A DNA stretch of 64,000 nucleotides, taken from the NCBI GenBank assembly GCA_963674695.2, contig CAXXGI010000001.1, forward strand, positions 416,001 through 480,000. The letters run 5' to 3'. How positions within the stretch are numbered: the first letter of the stretch is position 1; each line of letters opens with the position of its first letter. Position numbers and translations under genes: made by a program. Below the pieces are notes generated by a model that did no database searches, had not been told where the DNA came from, and saw only the letters and a list, made by a program, of their open reading frames with translations. Shown in pieces: positions 50,501-63,861 of this stretch. The stretch is from a bacterium. GTDB taxonomy: Bacteria > UBA10199 > 2-02-FULL-44-16 > JAAZCA01.

Positions 50501-51152
50501 AGCGCTCGGCCTTCTTCGCCTGTCGGTTGAGCGAATTGATCTGACGCGTGAGTTCGGAGAGCACATCGGTGAGCCGTGCGAGGTTGGAGCGCGTGGAATC
50601 CATCTTCCGCAGCGCCGCCTCCTTGCGCGCCTTGAACTTCGAAATGCCCGCCGCCTCTTCGATGAGCGTGCGGCGATCCTCCGGTTTGGAGGAGATGATC
50701 GAGCCGACCGTTCCCTGCTCGACGATGGAGTAGGCCTTCGTGCCCACACCCGTGCCGAGGAAAAGCTCGACGATATCCTTGAGGCGACAGATCGTCTTGT
50801 TGATGAAGTATTCGCTCTCGCCGGAGCGATAGAGACGGCGGCCGACCTGAATCTCGCTGTAGCTGGCATATTCAGCCGGTGCGCGGCCATCGGCATTATC
50901 GAAGGTGAGAAAGACCTGCGCCATACCGACAGCTGGGCGCGTCTCGCAGCCGTTGAAGATGACATCCTCCATGGCCGAACCACGCAGATGCTTGGCCGAC
51001 ATCTCGCCCATCACCCAACGGATGGCATCGACGATGTTGCTCTTGCCGCACCCGTTTGGCCCCACCACACCGGTGATACCCTCTTCGAACAGGATGACGG
51101 TGCGATCGGAAAACGATTTAAAACCGCTCATCTCCAGGGATTTGATGCGCAT
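47556..51152 (-). CDS. smc: Chromosome segregation protein SMC
   Basis: GFKSF, GPNGCGKSN, hinge region, LSGGEK, LDEVDAPLD. Confidence 0.98.
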   Translation of the reverse strand: MRIKSLEMSGFKSFSDRTVILFEEGITGVVGPNGCGKSNIVDAIRWVMGEMSAKHLRGSAMEDVIFNGCETRPAVGMAQVFLTFDNADGRAPAEYASYSEIQVGRRLYRSGESEYFINKTICRLKDIVELFLGTGVGTKAYSIVEQGTVGSIISSKPEDRRTLIEEAAGISKFKARKEAALRKMDSTRSNLARLTDVLSELTRQINSLNRQAKKAERYKRINDELAERELAVASTRYRELRQELTDLEGDSTRLNEMETAAQAELGQLEADLESAKLSLAEVEGQLDGVQQQLYSVQQQIRLAEAGIEHRTQERTATARRRDELDQELVDLRERRADIDRRIEAANTALARADLQLAGSTSVVVTLEEKVAGVRGQHGEMVAECEQLAAAISSDGEAIANFEATLTQLERRHVDLNGRVARDQSQIDAIDRRRKQIDGELTERERELAGAKQLKFKLEGESETAAATLVQQREALSGAEEQFQCVRSEESDVRSKLESLRELRKNLEGYKEGVKAVLERTDTDGEKLSGVMGTVGDLLETEPEYEQALAAVLGEKLQYVVVQSQSAGVEAIEYLQQAARGRGTFVPLTLRADAASEGVPSGEGVVGAMTDVVRFSDDHRLIAQHLLRDVVLVEDLPRALALWETGSSSQTFVTRDGSVVDATGVISGGDGGGVEEQLIAQKRRTKELEERLSVLRGQRTAAEGEVLRRSEQVKHLEEQVEAIRRDAHGEELKLLGRQRDFEHLKSEHDRLDQERDQLTVETAALAEELAGIEHEQTDSRMRLTQHTTDRETARARLQEAQASARMLADELSREEGGLIDLKVDLAQAEERQTAAARELEGLVRTKVETILGIDRRENDRRVAECRAVVLAREIEALRAELDLAIRSIGKLKESQRVLHDRFESGQTSMRDRELAIREARGRHDEARSRFHEVELKLTEERGRATYLIDSIRERYHMELTQVWERYARDDIDLDAEEVAVHELKESLEKIGSVNVDAIEEYEELKVRHEFLERQHGDLTASLENLSKAIAKINRTSRARFRRAFDAVNEQFVILFPKLFKGGKAKLLLTDEENLLETGVEIIAQPPGKKLQSITLLSGGEKALTAVALVFSIFLIKPSPFCLLDEVDAPLDDANIDRFNDLIRSMTPHSQFILITHNKRTMELADLLYGVTMEEAGVSKMVSVRLGNDKKKGEEEPAVA

Positions 51153-51354
51153 AGATCTCTCTCGTGTGAAGCTGGTTGCGGCCTGGCATCGACATATTCG
51201 TCATCGGCCATGCCGGTTATCGGTCGTTTGAAAAAATGGTTGCGTAAAAACCGTCGCTCTTTCCCGAAGATGGAAAGAATCCTTCAATAATCGGTTTAAC
51301 GTGCTGAATTTTCAGGAGATTTTATCAGACCCAACCCGCTGGGGCAATCAAAAA

Positions 51355-51406
51355 ACACTACAAGTTGTGGTGTGCCAAGTTTTTGACGACTACATCTTGT
51401 GGATAA
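51355..51406. promoter_or_regulatory. Two NrdR-box-like sites 32 bp apart plus an overlapping perfect DnaA box, upstream of smc
   Basis: acactacaagttgtgg (51355-51370), cgactacatcttgtgg (51387-51402), TGTGGATAA (51398-51406). Confidence 0.7.
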
Positions 51407-51466
51407 GTCGGAGACTACGCGATTTTCCAGCGGGAATTTCCATCACCTGACTGGCCTGACTGGCTA

Positions 51467-52618
51467 TCACGGATACGTCGCCACGACGGTGAGGGTGGAC
51501 AGATCGATGATGGAGAGCGTGTTGGACTCGACGTTGCCGATGTAGACATAGCGATCGACGCCGGCGCCGTCCTGATAGAGGGCCAGCGAGAAGGGCTGAC
51601 GACCGACGGTGATCGTCGCATCGACGATGAGGCTGGTGCGATTGACGACCGAAACCGTGTCGTCCTGCATGTTCGTCACCATCGCATAGTCGGTGGTGAG
51701 CAGGACCTCCTGCGGTTGCAGCCCGATCTCAACGATTTGCGTGAGAATCCCTGCATCATCCTTGTCGACATGCACGGTGGTGGTGTTGCCCGCGATCGGC
51801 GTGAGCGTGGAGACATCCAGGACCATGAGAAAACGTTTGTAGGAACCGCCCTCACTCCCCTCGCCGACGACATAGAGCGTGTTGCCATCGATGGCGATCC
51901 CGCGCGGGCTACCGATGTCGCTGATATAGTAATCGACCGGAACGGCATCGCCCGCCCCCGCCTTGTCGAGGTTGAGTACCATCACCCCGCCGAATTCCCG
52001 CGAAAGAAAGGCCTGGTTGTCGCGCACGACGATGTGATTGGCATACGCGTTCGACACGCGACCGCCGGTGTCGAGATCGGTCAGGAGCGAGACGTTCGTC
52101 GGTGTAAGCGCAGTGTCGAGATCGACGTACTGCACCGCATCCAAGCTCGTGGTGATCCAGACGCGCCGCGCCGGATAGCAGCAGGAGATCGCATAGGCAT
52201 CGCGCCCGAGCGTCGATTCTGTATAGGTTGCAAATGCCGCCGACGTCTCATCGAGGTCGAAGGTATAGAGGCGATCGTTCGTCGCCTGCGAGTTCACCGA
52301 ATAGCGATTGGGAATGTAGGCCGTTGTATTGGCGACATCGTAATAGATCTCGCCGGAGTAACTCAGCGTCGGTGTCGTTTGAAGCAGCACCGGCACCAAG
52401 GGATCGGTGATGTCGAGGACCTGAAGAGTCCCTTGCGTCCAGTCGTAGAGGACCTCGCTGTTGGAGTTGACCATATAGAGGCGATTCGCCGCCACATCGA
52501 CGGCCATCGCACTGGGGGTCGCGACGTTCGTGCCGATCGGGGGAAAGATATCACCCGACTGGGCACAGCCCGCCATCAAACACGCCACCGCCATCAGCAT
52601 GCATCGAATCTTCTTCAT
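51467..52618 (-). CDS. YncE/YVTN-like beta-propeller lipoprotein
   Basis: Lipobox MAGC; MVTNMQDDTVSVVN and YIGNVESNTLSIID blades. Confidence 0.8.
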   Translation of the reverse strand: MKKIRCMLMAVACLMAGCAQSGDIFPPIGTNVATPSAMAVDVAANRLYMVNSNSEVLYDWTQGTLQVLDITDPLVPVLLQTTPTLSYSGEIYYDVANTTAYIPNRYSVNSQATNDRLYTFDLDETSAAFATYTESTLGRDAYAISCCYPARRVWITTSLDAVQYVDLDTALTPTNVSLLTDLDTGGRVSNAYANHIVVRDNQAFLSREFGGVMVLNLDKAGAGDAVPVDYYISDIGSPRGIAIDGNTLYVVGEGSEGGSYKRFLMVLDVSTLTPIAGNTTTVHVDKDDAGILTQIVEIGLQPQEVLLTTDYAMVTNMQDDTVSVVNRTSLIVDATITVGRQPFSLALYQDGAGVDRYVYIGNVESNTLSIIDLSTLTVVATYP

Positions 52619-52695
52619 GTGTTGCTCCCTCACTGTACAACCACGATGGACACGAAAGCTCTTTCGCCCTTCGCCCCCTCGCCCTTCACCCCTCG

Positions 52696-55362
<2,667 letters not shown>

Positions 55363-55448
55363 AGTACTCCTCCTTTTTCGTGGTCTCGTGAATTGTGGTC
55401 TCGTGGTCTCGTTCAATCATCAAATCGTAAAATCGCAACAAACACTGT

Positions 55449-56753
<1,305 letters not shown>

Positions 56754-56962
56754 AAGAAACCTCTTCCGAAGGAGTGGATACAGACCGCCCACGCAAAAAA
56801 GTGTGGGAAATCAAGGGCCTCGGCACTAACACGCACCCCGGGAGGCGTCAAGCGCGATCGGCTCAAAAGCACCCGCCCGCGGGGGGAGATGCGGCGCGGA
56901 ATTAGGCGTTGCCCTCCGACCCGCATGCATTATAATGCCCCGAAAACGCAGGGGGTTTTTCC

Positions 56963-58060
56963 ATGAAAGTCGTCGGTATCTTTGCACTCATCGCCGCCAT
57001 CGTCGTCGTCGCCTTCAGCTGTAGCAACGAGGGGGATGGGTTTCTCGCCCGCATCCTCCGTGGAAACTCTGGTGGTTCGGCCGTTCCCGTCACGGTGACC
57101 AACGTGGTCATGCGCGAGCATTCCCCGACCATCACGGTTCCGGCAAAACTCGTTCCGACCGAGCGGGTCGAAGTAAGCCTTCCCGAAGAGGCCACCATCG
57201 ATGCGGTCATGGCATCTGACGGCGATCTGGTCGATGTCGGGGATGCGCTCTTTCGCATCTCGGAGGAGAATACGATCACCAAACTTACGGGGCTGCGCAC
57301 CGATCTGAAGGAGGCGCAGGCGCAGCTCGAAAAGAACTCCTACTTCCTGCGCAACCGCGATCGCCTGCGCGATGAAGGGCGCGTCGACGATACGCAGTAC
57401 GACAACCTCGAATCACAGGTCGATGAAGACGAAGCTGCGGTCGAACGCCAGCAGCAGGAGATCGCACGGCTTGAAGATCGCGCGGGAGAGACCACCATCA
57501 CCGCAACGATCGCCGGCGTGGTGAGCGACAGCAAGGCCGCACCGGCGGCGACCTTCGACGCCAATGCGCCGATCATGGCGATCGAAAAGGTCAACCCGAT
57601 CGAAGCCGAATTTCGCCTGGCCGCATATGAAGCCACGACCGTACGCCCGGGCATGCCGATCCAAATCCGCTTTCGCGAACTCGGCGGCGAGAGGGCCGCG
57701 GGTCGTATCACCTATGTCGGCACAAAACTCGATCCAAAGACAAACACCTTCGACGTGCGCGCCCAAATTCCGAACCCGACCGGCTACTATAAAGTCGGGC
57801 TGAGCGGAGAGGTCGAGTTCACCAGCTCCAAGAAACAGCATTTCGCCATCATCCCCGCCGATGCACTCATCCGCGAACGCCGCCGGTATTTCATCTATAC
57901 CGTCATCAAGGGAGTAGCCCACCGTGTGCAGGTCTTCCCCAACGAGACGCGCGGAAACGAGATTGAAATCACCCGGGGACTTCGCGAAGACGATCTCATC
58001 GTCGTCAAGGGACACGACAAGTTGACCGAAGGCAGCGTCGTGGATATATGGGGAAAGTGA
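56963..58060 (+). CDS. RND-type periplasmic adaptor (membrane fusion protein)
   Basis: Lipoyl halves flanking a helical hairpin, ITATIAGVV, LDPKTNTFDVRA, IPADAL, GLREDDLIV. Confidence 0.88.
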   Translation: MKVVGIFALIAAIVVVAFSCSNEGDGFLARILRGNSGGSAVPVTVTNVVMREHSPTITVPAKLVPTERVEVSLPEEATIDAVMASDGDLVDVGDALFRISEENTITKLTGLRTDLKEAQAQLEKNSYFLRNRDRLRDEGRVDDTQYDNLESQVDEDEAAVERQQQEIARLEDRAGETTITATIAGVVSDSKAAPAATFDANAPIMAIEKVNPIEAEFRLAAYEATTVRPGMPIQIRFRELGGERAAGRITYVGTKLDPKTNTFDVRAQIPNPTGYYKVGLSGEVEFTSSKKQHFAIIPADALIRERRRYFIYTVIKGVAHRVQVFPNETRGNEIEITRGLREDDLIVVKGHDKLTEGSVVDIWGK

Positions 58061-58066
58061 AGACAT

Positions 58067-58192
58067 GGTATTTCAATGGATCGATCACAAGCCCCCTCCC
58101 GGGGAAATCAGGTACATCTTCACAGGTGAAGCTTGTTCCAGACGCACCTGATTTCCCCTCGCGGAGACTTGTGATCGATCCATTGAAATACC
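58067..58192. repeat. 126-bp palindrome (25-bp perfect outer stem, 13-bp inner stem)
   Basis: ggtatttcaatggatcgatcacaag/cttgtgatcgatccattgaaatacc; ggggaaatcaggt/acctgatttcccc. Confidence 0.92.
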
Positions 58193-58221
58193 CTCCCGTT
58201 CAACGGTGAAGGTAGAGAATT

Positions 58222-58995
58222 ATGCGGAAAACTATTCTCTTCATCTGCGCATGGCTTCTGCTCGTTCCGTCGGTGGCGCTGGCGAGCCCCAAGGCCGCCT
58301 ATGTCTGGGTGCAGCTCCAGGACGGCTTGAGCTATGCGACCTATTCCTTCTCCAACGGCGAGCGCAACCGCACCACGATCCATGCCTTTCAGATTGACCC
58401 GAAGAAACTCACGATCGATGTCGCGGTGGCCGCCGACGAACAGTCGGGCATGACCGCACGCGAGATGGCGCGAATGACGGGAGCGCTCGTCGCCATCAAC
58501 GGAGGATTCTTCACGCCCCAGCACACCTCGATCGGGCTGATCATCAAAGAGGGCAAGACGATCAACCCGTTGCACAAGACCAGCTGGTGGAGCATCTTCG
58601 CGCTGACGGGAACCAAACCTCGCATCATCTCACCGCGCGACTTCAAGAAGTCGGATGAAACCACGACCGCGCTTCAGGTCGGCCCGAGGCTCGCCATCGA
58701 CGGGAAGATGCCAAAGCTCAAGGAGGGGCTGGCCGCGCGCTCGGCGGTGGGGATCGATCGGAATGGCACGGTCGTCATCGCCATGTCCACCGGCAATGGC
58801 ATTTCGTTGAAAGAGATGGCGCGCCGTATGAGCGCGAGCCGTTTTCAAGGCGGCCTGGAATGTCCGAACGCCATGGCCCTCGATGGCGGCAGCTCTTCAC
58901 AGCTCTATGCCAAGTCAGGCTCCTTCGACCTCTCGCTCCCGAACATGGCCCGCGTCACCAACGGCCTCATCGTCCTGCCGCGCAAATCAAAATAA
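58222..58995 (+). CDS. Phosphodiester glycosidase (NAGPA-like) family exported protein
   Basis: AINGGFF, ARSAVGI, AMALDGGSSS. Confidence 0.88.
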   Translation: MRKTILFICAWLLLVPSVALASPKAAYVWVQLQDGLSYATYSFSNGERNRTTIHAFQIDPKKLTIDVAVAADEQSGMTAREMARMTGALVAINGGFFTPQHTSIGLIIKEGKTINPLHKTSWWSIFALTGTKPRIISPRDFKKSDETTTALQVGPRLAIDGKMPKLKEGLAARSAVGIDRNGTVVIAMSTGNGISLKEMARRMSASRFQGGLECPNAMALDGGSSSQLYAKSGSFDLSLPNMARVTNGLIVLPRKSK

Positions 58996-59007
58996 CACTT
59001 TCGCTGC

Positions 59008-59039
59008 AAAAAAACGCCGCGTTAACGCGGCGTTTTTTT
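59008..59039. terminator. Bidirectional intrinsic terminator
   Basis: aaaaaaacgccgcg-ttaa-cgcggcgttttttt between convergent genes. Confidence 0.85.
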
Positions 59040-59060
59040 GTATGAAGGGATGAGAACACA

Positions 59061-60308
59061 TCACTGATTCATCGACATCAGGAACTCCTTGTTCGTCTTG
59101 CAGGGAGCCACCTTGCCGAGCAGAAATTCCATGGCATCGATCTGATTGAGCGGCTGGAGCATCTTGCGCAGGATCCAGACCTTGCCGATCTCCTCTTCGT
59201 TGAGCAGGAGCTCTTCCTTGCGCGTACCGGACTTGTTGATATCCATACAGGGGAAGATGCGCTTCTCCATGAGCTTGCGATCGAGATGGATCTCCATGTT
59301 GCCCGTGCCCTTGAACTCTTCGAAGATCACCTCGTCCATGCGACTGCCCGTATCGATAAGCGCAGTGCCAATGATCGTGAGCGAGCCACCCTCTTCGATG
59401 TTGCGCGCCGCGCCGAAGAAACGCTTCGGTTTGTGCAAGGCGTTGGAATCGACACCACCAGAGAGGATCTTCCCCGAGGGCGGAACCACCGAGTTATAGG
59501 CACGCGCCAAACGCGTGATCGAATCGAGCAGGATCACGACATCCCTGCCGTGTTCGACGAGGCGCTTGGCCTTCTCGATCACCATCTCGGCCACCTGCAC
59601 GTGACGCTGCGCGGGTTCGTCGAAGGTCGAGCTGATCACCTCGGCGTTGACCGAGCGCTGCATATCGGTCACCTCTTCAGGCCGCTCGTCGATGAGCAGG
59701 ACCATCATGAAGACCTCGGGCTGGTTCGTGCAGATGGCGTTGGCCACGTTCTGCAACAGCACCGTCTTACCCGCGCGCGGCGGCGAAACAATCAGCGCGC
59801 GCTGTCCCTTCCCGATGGGCGTGAACAGATCCATGATGCGCGTCGAGTAGTTCTTCGCATCGAACTCGAGCTGCAGACGCTGGTTCGGATAAAGAGGGGT
59901 CAAGTTATCGAAGAGCGTCTTGCCCTTGGACTTCTCCGGCTTATCGCCGTTGAGCATCTCGACCTTGAGGAGCGCAAAATAGCGTTCCCCCTCCTTGGGC
60001 GGCCGAATCTGGCCGGAGATGATATCGCCCGTGCGCAGGCTGAAGCGCCGAATCTGCGACGGCGAAACATAGATATCGTCCGGCCCGGGCAGATAGTTAT
60101 AGTCGGGTGAACGCAGAAACCCGAAACCGTCCGGAAGGGTCTCCAAGACCCCCTCGCCGAAGATGGCGCCGTTCTTTTCGGTGTGGGCCTGCAGAAGCGC
60201 GAAGATGAGTTCCTGCTTGCGCAGCGTCTCCACGCCCTCGATCTTGAACTGCTGAGCCATCTCGACCAGTTCGTTGATCTTCTTCCCCTTCAATTCGTTC
60301 AAATGCAT
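59061..60308 (-). CDS. rho: Transcription termination factor Rho
   Basis: [46 protein letters not shown]. Confidence 0.98.
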   Translation of the reverse strand: MHLNELKGKKINELVEMAQQFKIEGVETLRKQELIFALLQAHTEKNGAIFGEGVLETLPDGFGFLRSPDYNYLPGPDDIYVSPSQIRRFSLRTGDIISGQIRPPKEGERYFALLKVEMLNGDKPEKSKGKTLFDNLTPLYPNQRLQLEFDAKNYSTRIMDLFTPIGKGQRALIVSPPRAGKTVLLQNVANAICTNQPEVFMMVLLIDERPEEVTDMQRSVNAEVISSTFDEPAQRHVQVAEMVIEKAKRLVEHGRDVVILLDSITRLARAYNSVVPPSGKILSGGVDSNALHKPKRFFGAARNIEEGGSLTIIGTALIDTGSRMDEVIFEEFKGTGNMEIHLDRKLMEKRIFPCMDINKSGTRKEELLLNEEEIGKVWILRKMLQPLNQIDAMEFLLGKVAPCKTNKEFLMSMNQ

Positions 60309-60653
60309 GGCAATCCCTTTCGATCCATAAAATGGAAGGTCATGAGGGGTATTGGACGTACTCCCCTCGGAATGAATGTTGCTGATAACATGTGCGTCGT
60401 GTGAACGCTCTGTTTCGCATACGCAGTGAGCAGACCAATCGACACGGTCTTAGCAATCTGGCGATAAATGGCGTGTTGTCGTCGTGGACGTCCTTGAATT
60501 GTCTGGATCGATGATAGTGTGCAGGTGAAAGAAGATTCCCTGAAAAGCGTAGGGAAGTCAAGCAGTTTGAACACCCTTCCGACGGGAGCAGTGTAACCAT
60601 CGAAAAAAATGAGGGTTTTCTCGTTGCCCCGAACACAGAAGGCGTCGATTTCC

Positions 60654-60682
60654 TTGACAAAACAGGCTTGGGTTGATATTGT
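60654..60682 (+). promoter_or_regulatory. Sigma70-type promoter for the dap operon
   Basis: TTGACA-17 nt-TATTGT with an extended TG. Confidence 0.6.
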
Positions 60683-60752
60683 TTGCCAAATTTATTTTTA
60701 TATTTCAACCACTTAGGGACTTATCCCCTAGAAACTCCCCCCGGGAGGAATC

Positions 60753-61601
60753 ATGACCACAGCGACGAAGGGCAAAGGGAAGCTTCGCCCGTTCATCAAG
60801 ATGCATGGTATCGGAAACGACATCATCCTCTTCGACTGCCTCAAGCACAGCATCGCCAACCCCACGCATATGGCCCGAAAGCTCTGCAACCGCCATACCG
60901 GCATCGGTGCCGACCAGCTGGTCTTGCTGAGCAAGTCACGCAAGTGCGACTTCGGGGTCCGCTTCTTCAACCCTGACGGCAGTGAAGCCGAGATGTGCGG
61001 CAACGGCATTCGCTGTGTCGCGCGCTACATCAAAGACGCCAAGCTCAGCGCCAAGAAGGAAATCTGCCTCGAGACATCGGCCGGGCCGCGCACGGTGAAG
61101 CACAAGGGAAAGCTCATCGAAGTGGATATGGGCGAACCCATCATGAAGGGCAAGGAGATCCCCGTGAACCTTTCGGGGCGCGTGGTCAACCGCCCGCTCA
61201 AGACCGAGAACAAAGAGTTTCGCATCACCTGCCTCTCGATGGGCAACCCGCATTGTATCACCTTTCATGAAAACCTCGACGAACTGGCCGTCGACAAGTA
61301 CGGGCCACTGTTGGAGACCTATTCCACCTTTCCGAAGAAGGCCAACATCAGCTTCGTCAACGTCATGAGCAAGAAGGAAATCCACATGCGCGTCTGGGAA
61401 CGCGGCACGGGCGAAACGCTCGGCTGTGGTACGGCCGCGTGCGCCTCGGCGGTGGCTTCGGTACTCAACGGCTTTACCGATCGCAAGGTCACCATCGTCC
61501 TGCCGGGGGGAAAGCTCGAGGTCGAGTGGAGCACGAAGGACAATCACGTCTATATGCGCGGCCCCGCCGAACCGGTCTTCAAGGGCGAGATTCGATTCTG
61601 A
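60753..61601 (+). CDS. dapF: Diaminopimelate epimerase
   Basis: KMHGIGND, EMCGNGIRC, MGNPH, ERGTGETLGCGT. Confidence 0.97.
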   Translation: MTTATKGKGKLRPFIKMHGIGNDIILFDCLKHSIANPTHMARKLCNRHTGIGADQLVLLSKSRKCDFGVRFFNPDGSEAEMCGNGIRCVARYIKDAKLSAKKEICLETSAGPRTVKHKGKLIEVDMGEPIMKGKEIPVNLSGRVVNRPLKTENKEFRITCLSMGNPHCITFHENLDELAVDKYGPLLETYSTFPKKANISFVNVMSKKEIHMRVWERGTGETLGCGTAACASAVASVLNGFTDRKVTIVLPGGKLEVEWSTKDNHVYMRGPAEPVFKGEIRF

Positions 61602-61621
61602 CGAAACCATCAAGGAATCCG

Positions 61622-61647
61622 AAGGGCGCCTGCGGGCGCCCTTTTTT
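61622..61647 (+). terminator. Terminator-like hairpin between dapF and dapA
   Basis: aagggcgcc-tgcg-ggcgcccttttt. Confidence 0.55.
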
Positions 61648-61668
61648 CGAACGAGACAGGAGAACCCC

Positions 61669-62547
61669 ATGACCTTCGAAGGCGCCATGACCGCAATCGT
61701 CACCCCCTTTCGCGACGGCAAGCTCGACGAGGAGGCGCTACGCGAACACATTCGATGGCAGATTGCCTCCGGCATCGACGGCATCATCGTCTGCGGCACG
61801 ACGGGCGAGGCCGCCACGATGGATATCGCCGAACGCACGCGCGCCGTGCACATCGCCGTGGAGGAAGCGGCTGGACGCGTGCCGATCATCGCCGGCACCG
61901 GTTCGAACGCGACGCAAACGACGATTGAATCCTCGCGCCAGGCGGTGGAAGCGGGCGCAGATGCACTGCTGATCGTCACCCCCTATTACAACAAGCCGAC
62001 GCAGGAAGGGCTCTATCAACACTATCGCGCTGTGGCCGAAACAGTGAGCGCACCGATCATCCTCTATAATGTTCCGGGGCGCACCGCCTGCAACATGCTC
62101 GCGGAGACGACACTGCGGCTGGCCGAGGTCGATGCGATCGTCGGTATCAAGGAGGCCAGCGGCGACCTTGAGCAGATCCGAACGATCTGCACGGATGCAC
62201 CGGAGGGGTTTGTCCTGCTCTCAGGAGAAGACGCGCAGAACGAGGCGATCTATCGTCTCGGCGGCCGCGGCTGCATCTCGGTGACAGCAAACGTCGTTCC
62301 CGATCGCGTCGCCCAGGTCTGGCGCACGCATATCGAGGGTGAAGGCGACCGGGCGCAGGCGCTGCAGGAAAAGCTCGTCGAACTCAACCGCGCGATGTTT
62401 TTCGAGACCAACCCAATTCCGGTCAAGACCGCGCTCGCCCTCATGGGCCGCATGGCCGAGGAGTTTCGCCTTCCGCTCACACCGATGGGAGAGGAGAACC
62501 GGGAAAAGCTCATCGCCGTGTTGCGCGCCGAGCAGCTGCTCGCGTAG
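61669..62547 (+). CDS. dapA: 4-hydroxy-tetrahydrodipicolinate synthase
   Basis: GTTGE, PYYNKP, LYNVPGRT, GIKEASG, ETNPIPVK. Confidence 0.97.
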   Translation: MTFEGAMTAIVTPFRDGKLDEEALREHIRWQIASGIDGIIVCGTTGEAATMDIAERTRAVHIAVEEAAGRVPIIAGTGSNATQTTIESSRQAVEAGADALLIVTPYYNKPTQEGLYQHYRAVAETVSAPIILYNVPGRTACNMLAETTLRLAEVDAIVGIKEASGDLEQIRTICTDAPEGFVLLSGEDAQNEAIYRLGGRGCISVTANVVPDRVAQVWRTHIEGEGDRAQALQEKLVELNRAMFFETNPIPVKTALALMGRMAEEFRLPLTPMGEENREKLIAVLRAEQLLA

Positions 62548-62571
62548 ATCACTGAGGAAAAGGGGCCCATC

Positions 62572-63243
62572 ATGTTCACATTCGTCGTCATCGGCGCCAA
62601 AGGTCGGATGGGAAAACGCATCATCGCGTTCATCGAGAAGGCCGACGATTGCGCGCTCGCCGCCGGCGTTGACGTGGGCGATGACATCGCCGCCGCACTC
62701 GCGGGCGCCGATGCCGTCATCGATTTCACGATCGCGGATGCCAGCGCCCACAACGCGGCCATCGCCGCCGATTGCGGCGTCCCCATCGTGATCGGGACGA
62801 CCGGGCAGGATGAAGCGCAGCTCGCGGCCATCCGTGAAGCGTCCCAACACATCCCCGTGGTCCTCGCCCCCAACATGAGCGTGGGCGTGAACGTCCTGTT
62901 CGCCCTCGTCGATCAGGCGACAAAGACCCTGGGAGAGGGATATGCCATCTCCATCGAGGAGACGCACCACGTCCATAAGAAGGACGCGCCCAGCGGTACG
63001 GCCAAACGCCTGGCCGATATTTCCGGCATCGAACTCGGCGATGTCCGCTCGATCCGCGAGGGCGAGGTGGTAGGCGACCATGAGATCGTCTTCGAAAGCC
63101 CCGAGGAAAAACTGATCCTCACCCATCATGCCGTCACGCGCGACGTCTTCGCCCGCGGGGCGATCACCGCCGCGCACTGGATCGTCGGCAAACCGGCCGG
63201 ACTCTATGGGATGAACGATGTCCTGGGATTACAACGACCATAG
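62572..63243 (+). CDS. dapB: 4-hydroxy-tetrahydrodipicolinate reductase
   Basis: GAKGRMG, IDFT, GTTG, ETHHVHKKDAPSGTA. Confidence 0.96.
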   Translation: MFTFVVIGAKGRMGKRIIAFIEKADDCALAAGVDVGDDIAAALAGADAVIDFTIADASAHNAAIAADCGVPIVIGTTGQDEAQLAAIREASQHIPVVLAPNMSVGVNVLFALVDQATKTLGEGYAISIEETHHVHKKDAPSGTAKRLADISGIELGDVRSIREGEVVGDHEIVFESPEEKLILTHHAVTRDVFARGAITAAHWIVGKPAGLYGMNDVLGLQRP

Positions 63244-63254
63244 ACCAGTTTTTT

Positions 63255-63311
63255 GTCATTCCCGCATGCAGGAAGCAGCCTGCCCGCCGGTTGTGTGGCG
63301 GGGGAATCCAG
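63255..63311. repeat. REP-like single arm with the nested insert
   Basis: gtcattcccgc...gcagcctgcccgccggttgtgtggcgggggaatcc. Confidence 0.88.
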
Positions 63312-63341
63312 CCAAAGCCTTTCATCCTTCGGGAGATCGAG

Positions 63342-63854
63342 ATGCACATCGCCTACATCGGCCTCGGTTCCAACCTCGGCGATCGCGCTGCACACATCGA
63401 GCGTGCAGTCACACAGCTTGGCGACACCGACGACATCACCGTGACCGCCTGCTCGCCGCTCTATGAGAGCGCGGCGATGCACGGAAAGACGCCCGCCCCG
63501 GACGATCCGCCCTATCTCAACGCCGCCGCCGCGCTCGAAACGACGCTCTCCCCCGAAACACTGCTCGAACGCCTCCTGGAAATTGAGGTCGCGATGGGAC
63601 GCCCCGCCCAACACCAAAAGGACGCTCCCCGCACCATCGACCTGGATCTGCTCTTCTACGACGACCTCGTGCAGGAGGCAAAAACGCTCACCCTCCCCCA
63701 TCCGGAGGCCGGGAAAAGAGTATTTGTCTTGCTTCCCCTGTGTGATATAGCCCCCCTGTTCGTTCATCCGGTCACGAAAGTGAGCGTGCGCACGATGTGC
63801 GAGCGTCTCCAGGCCGAATCGAATATGACCGCAACCCGCTGGAATAAAAAGTGA
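63342..63854 (+). CDS. folK: 6-hydroxymethyl-7,8-dihydropterin pyrophosphokinase
   Basis: YIGLGSNLGD, YLNAA, PRTIDLDLL, LPHP, FVLLPL. Confidence 0.96.
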   Translation: MHIAYIGLGSNLGDRAAHIERAVTQLGDTDDITVTACSPLYESAAMHGKTPAPDDPPYLNAAAALETTLSPETLLERLLEIEVAMGRPAQHQKDAPRTIDLDLLFYDDLVQEAKTLTLPHPEAGKRVFVLLPLCDIAPLFVHPVTKVSVRTMCERLQAESNMTATRWNKK

Positions 63855-63861
63855 ATCGACG

